A stretch of DNA of 64,000 bases. Origin: Callorhinchus milii. Its lineage: Eukaryota. Every line of letters starts with the position of its first letter. The stretch's first letter is position 1. The DNA lies in the NCBI RefSeq assembly GCF_018977255.1, contig NW_024704742.1, positions 49,726,001 to 49,790,000 of the forward strand. Reading direction: 5' to 3'. The notes below the pieces were generated by a model. It was not told the origin of the DNA. It saw nothing but the letters and a program-made list of their open reading frames with translations, and did no database searches. A program made the position numbers and the translations under genes. Below are positions 51,040 through 62,382 of this stretch, one piece after another.

Positions 51040-51602
51040 ATACAGTACTTGTCTCGCAAGCGAGAGGACCTGGGTTTGAGTCCCAGATGGGGCAAAACCT
51101 TTGGCAAGTTCCTTACATCACACGCCTCTGTTTATCTTGCAGTAAGTAGGAACCTGGTTGTTAGTCGATTAGCGGATCACTATCTGGGGGTAATAATCGC
51201 TTATATGAAAAAAAATTGGGCACTCAATCCACGACCGTTTGTGGGACACTGCTGTGCACAATTGGCTGACGCTTTTCACCCACAACATATACAGTCAATT
51301 CACTTACGGTATATTCTGTGAAGCGCTTTGAGACATCTCAACAATGTGTTAAACCTTGGGCAAGTTTCCTTACTCCACACGCCTAATAATAATCCCTCCA
51401 AAAAAACAAAACAATAATAAATTGGTCATTTTCAATCCATGACTGTTTGTGGGACATTGCTGTGCGCAATTGGCTGCCGCGTTCGCCCACAAATATACAG
51501 TCAATTCACTTTACAGTATATTCTGTGAAGCGCTTTGGGACGTCTAGAAGACATGAAAAGCGCTATATCATATGCAAGGATTATTACTATTATATTATTA
51601 TT
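51040..51602 (+). mobile_element. Tandem SINE pair: long form (51040-51350) followed by a headless short form (51351-51602)
   Basis: Two successive AAACCTT(T/G)GGCAAGTT starts, two bodies and one terminal (ATT)n. Confidence 0.88.
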
Positions 51603-52109
51603 AAGGCGCCATGTCAACTGCAAGGATTATTATTATAATAGGATTGTTAATTTAAGCATGGCAATGGGGTTCCTCATGCGTCAGACACCCAGCTAACTCA
51701 AAAAAAGTAAAACCCTAAATCCTAGATCATGAGTTGCTCTTGTCTGAATGAACATATGCAACTCTCATATGCCTGAGGAACAAGTGGTGTAAGTGCCGTA
51801 GTAATACTCAAGAGAGCAATGATTTGATACAGATACCGCAAATCAACATTAATGCAGTATAAAGCTGATTCGGTTTGATTTTCAACCCTATTTTCGGAAT
51901 CACCTCTGGGAAATAGATTGAACCACCCCCAGTCAGCTCTTTAGCTACAACAAAACATAGCTGACTTTTGGTGTTAATTTGCAGAGCGCTGCACATGTGC
52001 TTATTGGATGAAAAGTGCGGTATGTGATAACAGTGAACATGGTTCACAAATTAAGGTAGCAATTGAACACTTCTTCACTAGATACCATAAGGATTACAAT
52101 GATTAACAA

Positions 52110-52545
52110 TAAGCCCCGCATCTTGTATGGTGACTTACCAAGTTGTTGAAATGTCTCAGAGTGCTGTATGGCATTCCCTGTAAAGTGTAGTGACTGTATT
52201 TCTGTGTATTGTTGTAGGTGAATTATTATTATTATTATTATTATTAGGTGAATGCAGCAGCCAATTTGTTCCACAAACAGCTATGATCAAGTTTATCTGG
52301 AGGTTTGTTGGCCAGTACCCTGAGAGAAATTCACATCTCTTTTTGAATAGTATCATGGGATGTTCAACATCCACCTGAAAAGGCAGACAGAACATTGGTT
52401 TAACACCTTTGATACAGAGATACCACAGCAAATACTGGAGTGTCAGCTTTGACTTTGAGCTCAAAGTCCTGATATAGAACTTGAACTGACAACTTTCTGA
52501 CTTGGAGGCGAAAGTGCAATAAACTGAGCCAGACTGACACCTTAT
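52110..52545 (-). mobile_element. DeuSINE-like SINE
   Basis: Same motif order as 57797-58225. Further decayed copies lie at ~1-190 (+), 790-950 (-), 2470-2765 (-), 8730-8960 (-), 27220-27500 (-), 47500-48300 (-), 48330-48780 (-) and 54140-54630 (-). Confidence 0.72.
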
Positions 52546-53133
52546 TTAAATCAACTGGTTGTTTGATCACATTTATCTAGAATGTAATAATTATCACCAG
52601 TGATAAATAACACATTAAAGATTAGGATTTTTAACCCATAATCATGGGGGGAGAGGAAAGGTGACCAAAAAATGACCACTTGCAGAGCAGAGGGAAGCAG
52701 CCAGGGCAGTCGTCATATGAGATTACAGAGGGAGCGATGGGATCAGTCTAGATTAGGAGCTGTGCTTGTGATCAATATTCTGATGAATTAAAATATGTTA
52801 TTACATTTCTGTTAAGTTGTGACTCTAAGTAACTGTTTTGTTGTGGCCAAGTTATTAACTTGTGGTGATATTTTGAAAGCAGTCAGTTCCAATTTACTTT
52901 TGTTATTACAAAAAACACAGAGACTTGCTCTGAATATGAGCCAGTTGCTGCTTCATTTATTCAGCAAGTAAAAATAAGATTGAATGTGACTGTATCATGA
53001 CAATATTTGACAATATCTGTTCAATAATTATAGCCACTGTTCAAAGTGCATTGAACATTGACCTAATTTTGTTCTTTTTTTAGTAAAAAGGCTCTGTCCC
53101 CTTTTCATATAAGAAGCTAACTTAATTTATTGA

Positions 53134-54085
53134 GGGCGGTCATCACCCCACTTCTTAAAAAACTATCCTCGATCCCTCCAACCTCGGCCACTACCGTCCT
53201 ATCTCAAACCTGCCCTTCCTTGCCAAAGCTCTGGAATACATTGTTGCCAACCAACTTCGCGGACACCTCTCTCTCCACACCTTACTTGAACCCCTCCAGT
53301 CCGGTTTCCGCCCTGCCCACAGTACAGAGACAGCGCTCGTGAAGGTCAGAAATAATATCCTCTCTATCTGTGACCAGGACTCCCTCTGCCTCCTCGTCCT
53401 CCTGGACTGATCCGTCATATTCAACACAGTCAATCATGCTATCCTCCTCCACCGCCTGTCTTCCATCACCCACCTCAGGGGAACTGCACTCGCTTGGTTT
53501 GAGTCATACCTTCAAACCACCAGCACAACGTTTCTGCAAATGGCTTTCCTTTGCGCTTCCACCCGGTCACCTGCGAGGTACCCCAAGGATCCATCTTTGG
53601 CTCCCTTCTCTTCCTCATCTATATGCTCCCTCTCGGTGATGTCATCCACAGACATGGGGTTAACTTCCACATGTATGTGGATGACGCTCAACTATACTTT
53701 TCCACCTCCAGCTGCGACCTCCAGTCCCCTGATGTTCTGTCAGCTTGTCTGTCGGACATCAGGAGCTGTATCAGTGCAAATTTTCTGCGGTTAAACATCA
53801 ACAAGATAGAAGCCATACTCTTTGGCTCCCACCAACATTTTCAGTCTCACAGTTCCGACCTCCTCAACCTACCCAACCTGTCCTTAAAACTCTCTGAACC
53901 CATGCGCAATTTAGGAATCAGGTTGGATCCCCAGTTATCCTTGCTCCCCCACATCTGGTCCCTGACCAGCACTGCTTTCTTCCACCTCCACCACATTTCC
54001 CGTCTCTGACAATACCTCACCCCAAAAGCTGCCGAAACCCTTGTCCATGCCTTTGTCACTTCTTGGCTGGACTACTCTAATGGTT
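53134..54085 (+). mobile_element. Internal L2 RT fragment, frameshifted
   Basis: AVITPLLKK, EVPQGSIFG, HMYVDD and NLGI are spread over ORFs 53130-53342 and 53551-54009. It is collinear with 37805-38755. Confidence 0.9.
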
Positions 54086-54360
54086 TGATCCTGTCCTCAT
54101 TGAGCGATTCTTGTTTTCTTGTTTTTAATCATAATAATAGTAATAATAATCATTTGATAAAGAGCTTGTCATATCAGGAAGATGTCTCAAAGTAGTTTGC
54201 AGGATTTACCGTAAAGTGTTTATGTATTTGTAGGCGAATGTGGTAGCCAATTTGTGCACAGAACATTCCACAAATGGTCATGAAGTGAATGACCAATTTT
54301 ATTTATGGGATTGTTAGCTAGGATACCGGGAGAAACTCCCTTCACCTTTCAGATAGTGCG

Positions 54361-54522
54361 TATGGAACAGGCTACCTAGGGAGATGGTTGAAACAGGAAA
54401 TGTTAATTCCTTCAATCACAGATTAGATAGTTTTCTTTTAGGAAATAACATCATGGGATACAGTACATAGGTAGTTTGGCGAATTAGATGGAACTTGACC
54501 TTTTTCTGGCCTAGCATTTCTT
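54361..54522 (+). mobile_element. CR1 3' fragment nested in a DeuSINE
   Basis: TATGGAACAGGCTACCTAGGGAGATGGTTGAA..TTCAATCACAGATTAGATAG, WNRLP-type C-terminus. Confidence 0.7.
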
Positions 54523-54666
54523 ATGGGATCTTTAATGGCCACCTGAATGGGATCTCAGTTTAGCATCTCATCCGAAGGACAGCAACCCCAACACTGATGC
54601 AATATCAGCCTAGACTATATGAGTTCAAAGTCTCATCTGAACCAAGCAAACCAAGCAAACCAAGCA

Positions 54667-55567
54667 AACTTCCACATATATGCGGATGACGCACAAATCT
54701 ACTTTGCCTCCTCCAGTACCAACTCCAAGTCTGCTGATGTTCTATCAGCTTCCCTGGATGAGTGCAAATTTCCTGCAGCTGAATGTGGACAAGACGGATG
54801 CCATAATCCTTGGCTCCCGTCAAGGCCTTCACTCTTGCGGATCTGAACTACTTAACCTCCCAGGGCTCTCCCTCACTCACTGAGCCAGTCTGCAATATAG
54901 GGGTTCGGTTCGACCCCCAGCTGTTCTTCCTTCCCCATATCCATTCTCTTCCTCCACCTCCGCCACATTGCCCACCTCTGATCGTACCCCAAAGCCGAAG
55001 CCCTCGTGCATGCGTTTGTTATCTCCCGCCTGGATTACTCACTGACCGCAGTCATCGCCCCAGCTCTATTATTCAAAAAGTCCAGCTTATTCAGAACTCT
55101 GCTCCCCGCATACCTACCTGCACCAAACTCCGTACCCACATCTCACCAGTTCTAGTCAGGTTCCAATGGCTCCCCATTACCGAACGGATTGACTTCAAGA
55201 TCATCACTCTAATGTTCAAATCCCTTCACTCCCTGGCACCTCCCTACCTCTCCGATCTCCTCACTCTGCAATCCACCACCCTACACCTTTGCTCGACTGG
55301 CACCGGCCTCCTGCTTGTCCCTCGTGCCCTCTGCTCCATCATTAGAGGTCGCACATTCAGCCACTATGCCCGAAACTCTGGAACACTCTCCCTCATTCCT
55401 TCTGCTTGCCCCCTCTGTCCTCTTTTTCAAGTCCTGCCTGAAAACCTTCCTTTTCGACCGTGCTTATTGTCACCTCCCCACCCGTGACTCAGAATCAGGC
55501 TCGATGACTCTTAAGTGCTCTGAGATGCTATCTTGCATGGAGGGCACTAGATAAGTGCAAGTTGTTG
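54667..55567 (+). mobile_element. 5'-truncated L2 (type B tail)
   Basis: NFHIYADD, FLQLNVDKT, IDFKII and [14 protein letters not shown], with tail AAGTGCTCTGAGATGCT..GAGGGCACT..GTTGTTG. Confidence 0.9.
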
Positions 55568-57538
55568 CTAGTCTATGTAGGTGCTTATAGTCTCCCACCC
55601 CTCCTTTTCCCCTCACCTAGACCCATCTACTACCTTCTCCTTCATCTATGCTGCCACATAATAAAATTAACTGCTGTTATTTTGGCACATTTCTGGAGCA
55701 CAACCGTTAAGAAAGGTGCTGAATGCAAGTCAGAGTTGCCCACCGACATGACATTGTTTGAAGAAACATAAGTCTTCTCTTCATTTTATAATCAGTACAG
55801 TAGCAAGTCCACATCAATATACATTAGCTGTTGGCAAAGTCAGTTTAGAAACATGACCCCATAAATCATAAATATTAATGCACAGTTTTATGGTTAATCT
55901 ACGTAAAGAGCTATTGAATGATGAGGATGCTGGAGAATAGATCAACCTCAAATTTTCATTAAATGTATTTTGTTCATTTCTAATCATTTTCAAAACATCC
56001 CAGTTTCTTTCCTTTAATGGTAGGAATACAATAATGATAATCTGCAAAATTTCCTAATGTACTTTAAAAACATTTTCCCTCACCCTAAGGGCAAGCATTC
56101 ACATCAGTTTAGAACTAACACTGAGGCTTAGATTCATCATCCGCTCCAGAAATTGTGTTTGAAGTCTAAAAGAATCTAACTTGTAGATTTCTAAATACGA
56201 TTCCTTAGCATCGGAATTCCCGTCAACCAGTGGGAAATTCTTCCCAACTGTAAATTATATCGGAGTGTGATCCTTAATAAGGATTCCAAGTGTCTTATTA
56301 AGGAATCCTATTGTGAAATACAATAATATGCATTTATATAGAGCCTTTGACATTTCAAAACATTTAATGCATCAATAAATACTACTGCTAAGCTGGCCAA
56401 ATGATCCATTAGTTTACAGCTGATTGAAATTGTTACTGTGTTACTGCCATGGAGACAGGAAAATGGATATCAAATACAACATTTTCTTTACTCCCTGCCC
56501 TCACTCACCCCCACTGCACCCACTTCTCCCTTTCTCAGTGTCCAATCCTATCATTGTGCAGTGCTCTGAGATGCTATCCTGTGTAAAGGGTACTATATAA
56601 CTACAAGTTGTTGTTATTGTTGCATCCACCTGAATCTGAATGGACTAAAGGACATAAACCATTCATCAAATAGTTAGATACTTACTTACTCCATTGCAAG
56701 ACCGATGCTCCTTTACATAAATGAACCCCATTCTGGTTATTGCCACTCTAGCTCTACTGGTAAGACTCTTGCCTAAGGGTCTGAAGATTAAGTGTTGAAT
56801 CCCCCTATGAGGGCCTTGTAGTGTAAGATGACACTCCAATGTATGCTCAAATAGAAGGGGGTTTCTTCTAGTAAGGTCTCATAAAGTATACATGCATTCA
56901 AGAGCAAGCCAAAGCTTGACATCACTGTCACAATAGAAGGGTACGGTGGGGGGGGGGGGGGGGGAATAAGGAATGAGTGAAGACTTGTGTGGAGTATATA
57001 CATCAGCATGGACTGGTTGGGCTGAGTGGCCTGTTTCTGTGCTTACATTCTTTGTAAGTATTTGTAAATGGCAACTTGCATTGAGAGCAGATAGTTTATG
57101 AGGGAGGGGATGGGGTGCGCTTTTTTCTGCAATTTACTCCCCCAATTTCTGAACCCCATTCACAATCCATATTATTAATGGATATTCAGTTCAGGGTTAC
57201 ACACTGCGCCAAGGCAATGCACAACTGTAATGGGAAAAATAGATAGATGCAATGCTGAATGGAATGCAGTCTTTACCACTGGATCTAGAACCTAATTAGG
57301 ATGGCAAAGCTACATTTTCCCTCAGCCACTGAGGATTAGGACATATAGGGATATTTACTTATCATCTCAGAAGGTGTTAAGTCTTTGATATGTTTGCAGT
57401 CTCAGGCAGCTTTCCTAAGAATGTTGAGAAGTGTTTATTAGGAAATGGGATTTGCTACGATTGCAGCTGCCATTGTATTAGCGGAGCAGGAGAGAGATAA
57501 AAACAAGTTAAGGTGCCACACTAAAAAGGTACCTGGAC

Positions 57539-57710
57539 CTGTGGCAGATGTCCAGAGTGTCCTATTTGTGACCAGAGTGTCCCATCTGTGGCTCACAGTG
57601 TCCGATTGATGGCTATGAGTGTCTTATCAGTGGCCCACAGTAGTCAGAATGCCCTATCTAGAGTCAGTGTGTTCTACCTGTAGTCAGATTGTACTGTACT
57701 GTCTGTGGCC
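57539..57710 (+). repeat. Degenerate minisatellite, ~20-nt unit
   Basis: Repeated GTGGCCAGAGTGTCCCATCT-like units. Confidence 0.7.
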
Positions 57711-57796
57711 TTTGGTGATCCTGGGTGAGATGCAATACATTTTATTGGCTATTAAAATGAGTACTCATTTTACTGAGTGTTTTCTGTAAAAAAAAC

Positions 57797-58225
57797 TAAT
57801 AATAATCTTTGCATTTGATATAGCACCTTTTCACATCAAGAGACGTCTCAATGTGTTGAACACGTCTCAATATATTTAACGGGGATTTACTGTATAGTGT
57901 AGTGACTGTGCATTTATAAATGACCACAGCAGCCCATTTGCACACAGCAATTTCCCACGAACAGCCGGGAAGTGAATGACCAATTTTTTAAAATCTGGCA
58001 GATTGTTAGACAGGACACCAGGAGAAACTTCCTTTTCTTGTCAAGTAATTTAACATTCACCTAAATAGACAGTTCTTGATTTAGCATCTCATCCAAAGGA
58101 TGACACTTCTGACAAAGCAGCACCAACCCCAGGACTGTATTGGAGTGTCAGCCTTGACCATGATGTGGGGCTTGAACCTAAAGCCTTCCGATTCACAGTG
58201 CTACCAACTGAGTAAAGCTGACAGC
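57797..58225 (-). mobile_element. Older DeuSINE/SacSINE1-like SINE, near full length
   Basis: Reverse complement has a tRNA-like head (CTCAGTTGGTAGCAC..GGTTCAAGCCCC), GGCTGACACTCCA, TTGGATGAGATG, TCCTGGTGTCCTG and the shared 3' body and tail. Family name from recalled consensus. Confidence 0.75.
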
Positions 58226-59574
58226 TTGTCTGCTTTTCTGCTCGTTTCTAAAGAGTTCACATATTAACATCCATCCCACTTTGAGCTTGATCATTATAAA
58301 TGCACATTTGCAAGCCTGACCACTGGTTTTCCTTGAAGAGTCAATACAGAAAAAAAAGGCTGGAAATTTCTTGTCGCGTTTTATTGCATTCAAATCAACA
58401 CAGGACTCTTACAGAAAATCGGGGGCTCAGTCCTCAAGTAAATGTGTTAGTGCTATATTGCTAGAGTAATGGAACTGCCGAAGTTCTAGTTTGCGAGTAT
58501 GGCTTCAGTAAAGTGAAGCACATTACAGGCAGGCTGTCTGGAAATTGGATGGTAATAGGTGTGTTGCAGAAACAATTTGCGTCACCTGTTCTCTTAAGAC
58601 ATTGTCTCGATCTGCTGTGTTCTGTGCGGGGAAGATTGCACTGATCAGTGTGAACTGCAGGCACAAGGATATAAAAGAAAGATTGCAAATGCTAGACATC
58701 CAGAGTAGGTCAAACAGCAACAGAAGAGACAGAATCGTCATCGGTTCAGATGTAACCCTTGACCCGAGCTCGGGGTTGAATCTGAAGCCTAAAACTAGCT
58801 TTCTTGTCCCTTCAGGGAGCAAATGCAGATTTTATTATTATTATTTATTATTATTATAGATTATTCCAAAGGGAAAATTCCATGCATATGTGGAACTCTC
58901 AATCGTTTGATATGGATACTCTTAATCATAGTGTTGTTCTTATGCTTGTCTAGTGACTCGGCTGACCAAAATAAAGATACTTCACATATGCTGTGAATTT
59001 CCAATATTTCCCCTTTCTTATTTCACAACTTACTAGGGTACAAGTCAATCCGATTTGAATAATTACTTCCTCATGGCATGCATGAAGCAATTGCAAAGCA
59101 AGGAAGATCAGACTTCAGAAGAAATCACACTGGAATGCTTGTGACATAAACAATACGTCAAATGCACGATATGAAAATGTCAGGTGGATTTTGTATTTAT
59201 TTGAACATTTGTCTAATGTAGGTTCTGTTCAGATATAATAATAACGAAAGAATTTTTTTTGTCATTTCATGGTAGTTTGTGGGACAATGATTTACGCAAA
59301 TTGGCTGCTACTTTTGTGTACATAATAAACAGTCACTACACTTTAAATCCCGTGAAGTGCTTTCATCAGATATCCTCCTGATGTGAAAGGCACTACACCG
59401 AAGGCAAGGATTATTATGATGATTTCCCTCCTCCTCTAATTTTCTGTTTTTCTTCCTCCTTTTGGTGTCAAGGACCTGTGATATTATGTTTACAAAAATA
59501 AGCCCCCCCCCCACCCCCGTTAAACTCCAACAGTACAGAAAAGAGTTTTACAAAAATGAAGTCTACCCCTTTGC

Positions 59575-59674
59575 GGAGTCCTGTAGCTCAGTGGTTAGAG
59601 CACTCGCTTTGCAAGCGAGAGATCTGGGTTCGATTCCTGGCAGGGCGAAACCTTGGGCAAGTTTCCTTACTCCA
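59575..59674 (+). mobile_element. Isolated SINE head with a near-intact tRNA-Ala(TGC)-like cloverleaf
   Basis: A box, anticodon arm CTCGC-TTTGCAA-GCGAG and B box GGTTCGATTCC, followed by ~27 nt of SINE body and then unrelated sequence. Confidence 0.85.
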
Positions 59675-60839
59675 GCTTTCAGCACGTTACGTGTTGTTGC
59701 AGCTGAACCTATCCAGGTAAGTGTTGAGGAATCCATTTGCACTTCTGTCTTGAGCCTTGTAGATAGTTTCACCTCTATAATCCAAGGTCACAAAGAGCAT
59801 TATAGCATCTCTACTGTTGCCTTGGGTGAGCTCAGTTAACTCAGCACAGACTTTCTGGCTTCTATGGTTCAGTGCTACACTATCTTTACAAACATATGCT
59901 GAAAGTGGAAATGTGAGCTGTAAAATAAAAATACACATTCCCAGAGAGAATAAGAGTATAGTTCTGTGTGCTTGTGCACTAGTTTCCATAAAAGGATGAG
60001 CACATCTAAATTTAAATGGCCCAATTCCAGTTGCTTTCCGAAATATATTAATTTAGGCCCAATTTAAAGAACTGGATCCAGTGCTGTAAAATCTATCACC
60101 CGCACTCCAGCTATTTCAGTGAATGTGCTGGTTTAATTTACCTAAGTACGAAATAAAGGATTTATTTCTTCGAAATCAAAACATGGTACAAAGTCCAGCT
60201 GAGGGCAGGCAAGATCCATGCAACTCAGAGAAAATAACCTGCAAAACATCCTCAACACAAGCTTACAAAAATACAATATTCATGTCTTGGTTTTCAAGTT
60301 ACAGACACAGTAAATCCAGCTGACTTTAATCTTGTGATTACAACACAAAAGTACCTACAGTCACACCTAATGATGTTAACTGTTGAATCAATGGCTAATT
60401 GTTTTAATGTGTCAAAATTTACGAAGTATGGCTTTGCTTGTACAACTTGAAGTTAAATCAGATCTATGCAAGCGAATGCCTGAGTTCAGCTCTGAGCAGC
60501 TAAACGCAAGCAGTCAATTTACAAAACAAGGCAGTCTTAAATGTAGGTTGCAGTCACAATGAAGTTTTCCAAGATAATATTTGCAGTTGAAGGAAAGGCT
60601 TGAAATTCCTTGTGTAGATGGGCAAAAGACACAATGTTAGGAATTTTGCTCCGACAAATTGTTTGGTGCTATTCCTGCAATTTCTAACCCTCAAAAATTA
60701 GAGAAAAAGGTAGTTTGAAAAAAAGTCTATCTGACATTGAAAGTCAAAGCGTTGGTAAAAGCTATTTGTACAAAGATTCACACTGGGAGTTTTACATGTA
60801 TTACATGTAGCAGCAGTCACTCTCTTGCTTGTTGTTTCT

Positions 60840-61405
60840 CAAGGATATCCACCGGTTCGTCCCCTCCTACTTGATTTTTCCGAAGCCCTCCTCGCCAGTC
60901 TCTCTAGCTCCACCATTCATAAATCTAACAAATTGAAAACTCCGCTGCCTATATCTCACCTACACTAAATTCATCCCCCCATCACCCAGTCTCTGCTAGG
61001 CTCCACTTGCTCCCTATTGCAGAGCAGATCAATTTCAAGATACTCGCACGCACATTTTATGCACCTCCATACTTCTCTGACCTGCTAAGCGGGCTGTTCT
61101 ATCCATCAGACTCCCTTCACCCCACCCCTCGCTTAGCTGACTCCAACTTCCTGTCCTCCACTCTACCATTGATGCCATGCTTTCAACCACTGTGCCTTGA
61201 GACTCAGGTATCTCTGCCTCAATCCCTCTGGCTTGCCTCCTCCTTGTCCATTTTCAGATCATGCCAAAAAACTTTCCTCTTCGATTGTGCCTACAGTCAC
61301 TTCCTCTCTTTCCCTGGCTCAGCATGAAGCTCCGCCACTGTTTAAACACTCTGAGATGCTGCCCCACGTGAAGGGCACTGCATAAATGCAAGTTGTTTTT
61401 GTTGT
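60840..61405 (+). mobile_element. Old L2 3' fragment
   Basis: LPIAEQINFKIL..KTFLFDCAY with a type B-like tail. Confidence 0.8.
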
Positions 61406-62382
61406 AGAAATGCAGAGAGAAGTGTGTTCTAGTGATCGGCCCCACATTCATTTACACACATCACATTGGCAAACAATATTAATAAGCATGTAATGGGAAT
61501 GCTTGGAGGACATAGGTGGAGATAAGATGATTAAATTAAAGTGGAAAATTGTGACAAATAAGTTTTACTGTTATAATTTTTCCTAAATTTGTCTTTCAGC
61601 AAACATGCACAGATTGTGTGTAGTCACATAGGAGTCAGATTTCTGCATGTGTCAGACACCCGCTGACCAAAAAAATATATTCTGCCAAAGTTCCACGCTC
61701 AAGACACAGACCTCAGGCTTACTGCCTCTACAGAAGATGTTTAAATACTCCTCAGACGCAACAGAAAATCACTGATTTCTCAGATTAAATGCCTTTCAGC
61801 ATCAATTAAGTATTGTTTTCAAAAAAGTATATGCTCACTTTATTGAAACATCAATATCCCTGCTGTCACTATTCAAATGTAAAATATACTGAAGAATATT
61901 TCCCCCAATTTGTTTAACCGGCACAACCATAGAGTTTCATGGCATGGCACTAAAAAAATTAGCCTTATCTTACTAATAAATAATCCTACTGTAATATAAG
62001 ATTTTTGACACTGGTTAATTTAAAAAGGTTAAGAAATCTTCACAGAGGTTTTCTTATCAATACATATCAAATTATATTTAATAGACATCAAAATAGTTGT
62101 TTATCAAAAAGTTATCAAATCACATTTTTATTATTTTTCCATTTCATGGAATTAAGTTGTAAATTGACATGAGGTGAAAATCTGGATGACTTTTTTTCAT
62201 TTTGCTGTACTTCTGAAAGCAAAGTTACTTTCAATTAACCCTGAAAAAATGTTTTCTGATTTCACTTCGAACCGGTTTCTCTCTAATTTTAAGATCACGT
62301 CCTTTTTGTTTTGCAGCCCTCCACCAAAGAGAATGTTAACCAGAACTACATCACTCCAAAACCATAGGAATTGTCCTTCAAG

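Noticed and set aside
53134..53165. Apparent third truncation hotspot at AVITP(L/I)LKK shared with 63885
   Set aside because: The minus-strand L2 continues past the inserted tail (VINLPLSTSSVPTYLKT at 63955-64000), so it is interrupted there, not truncated.
59575..59647. Genuine tRNA-Ala(TGC) gene
   Set aside because: It runs directly into SINE body sequence, matches the heads of the other SINE copies, has an acceptor mismatch and has no nearby T-run terminator.
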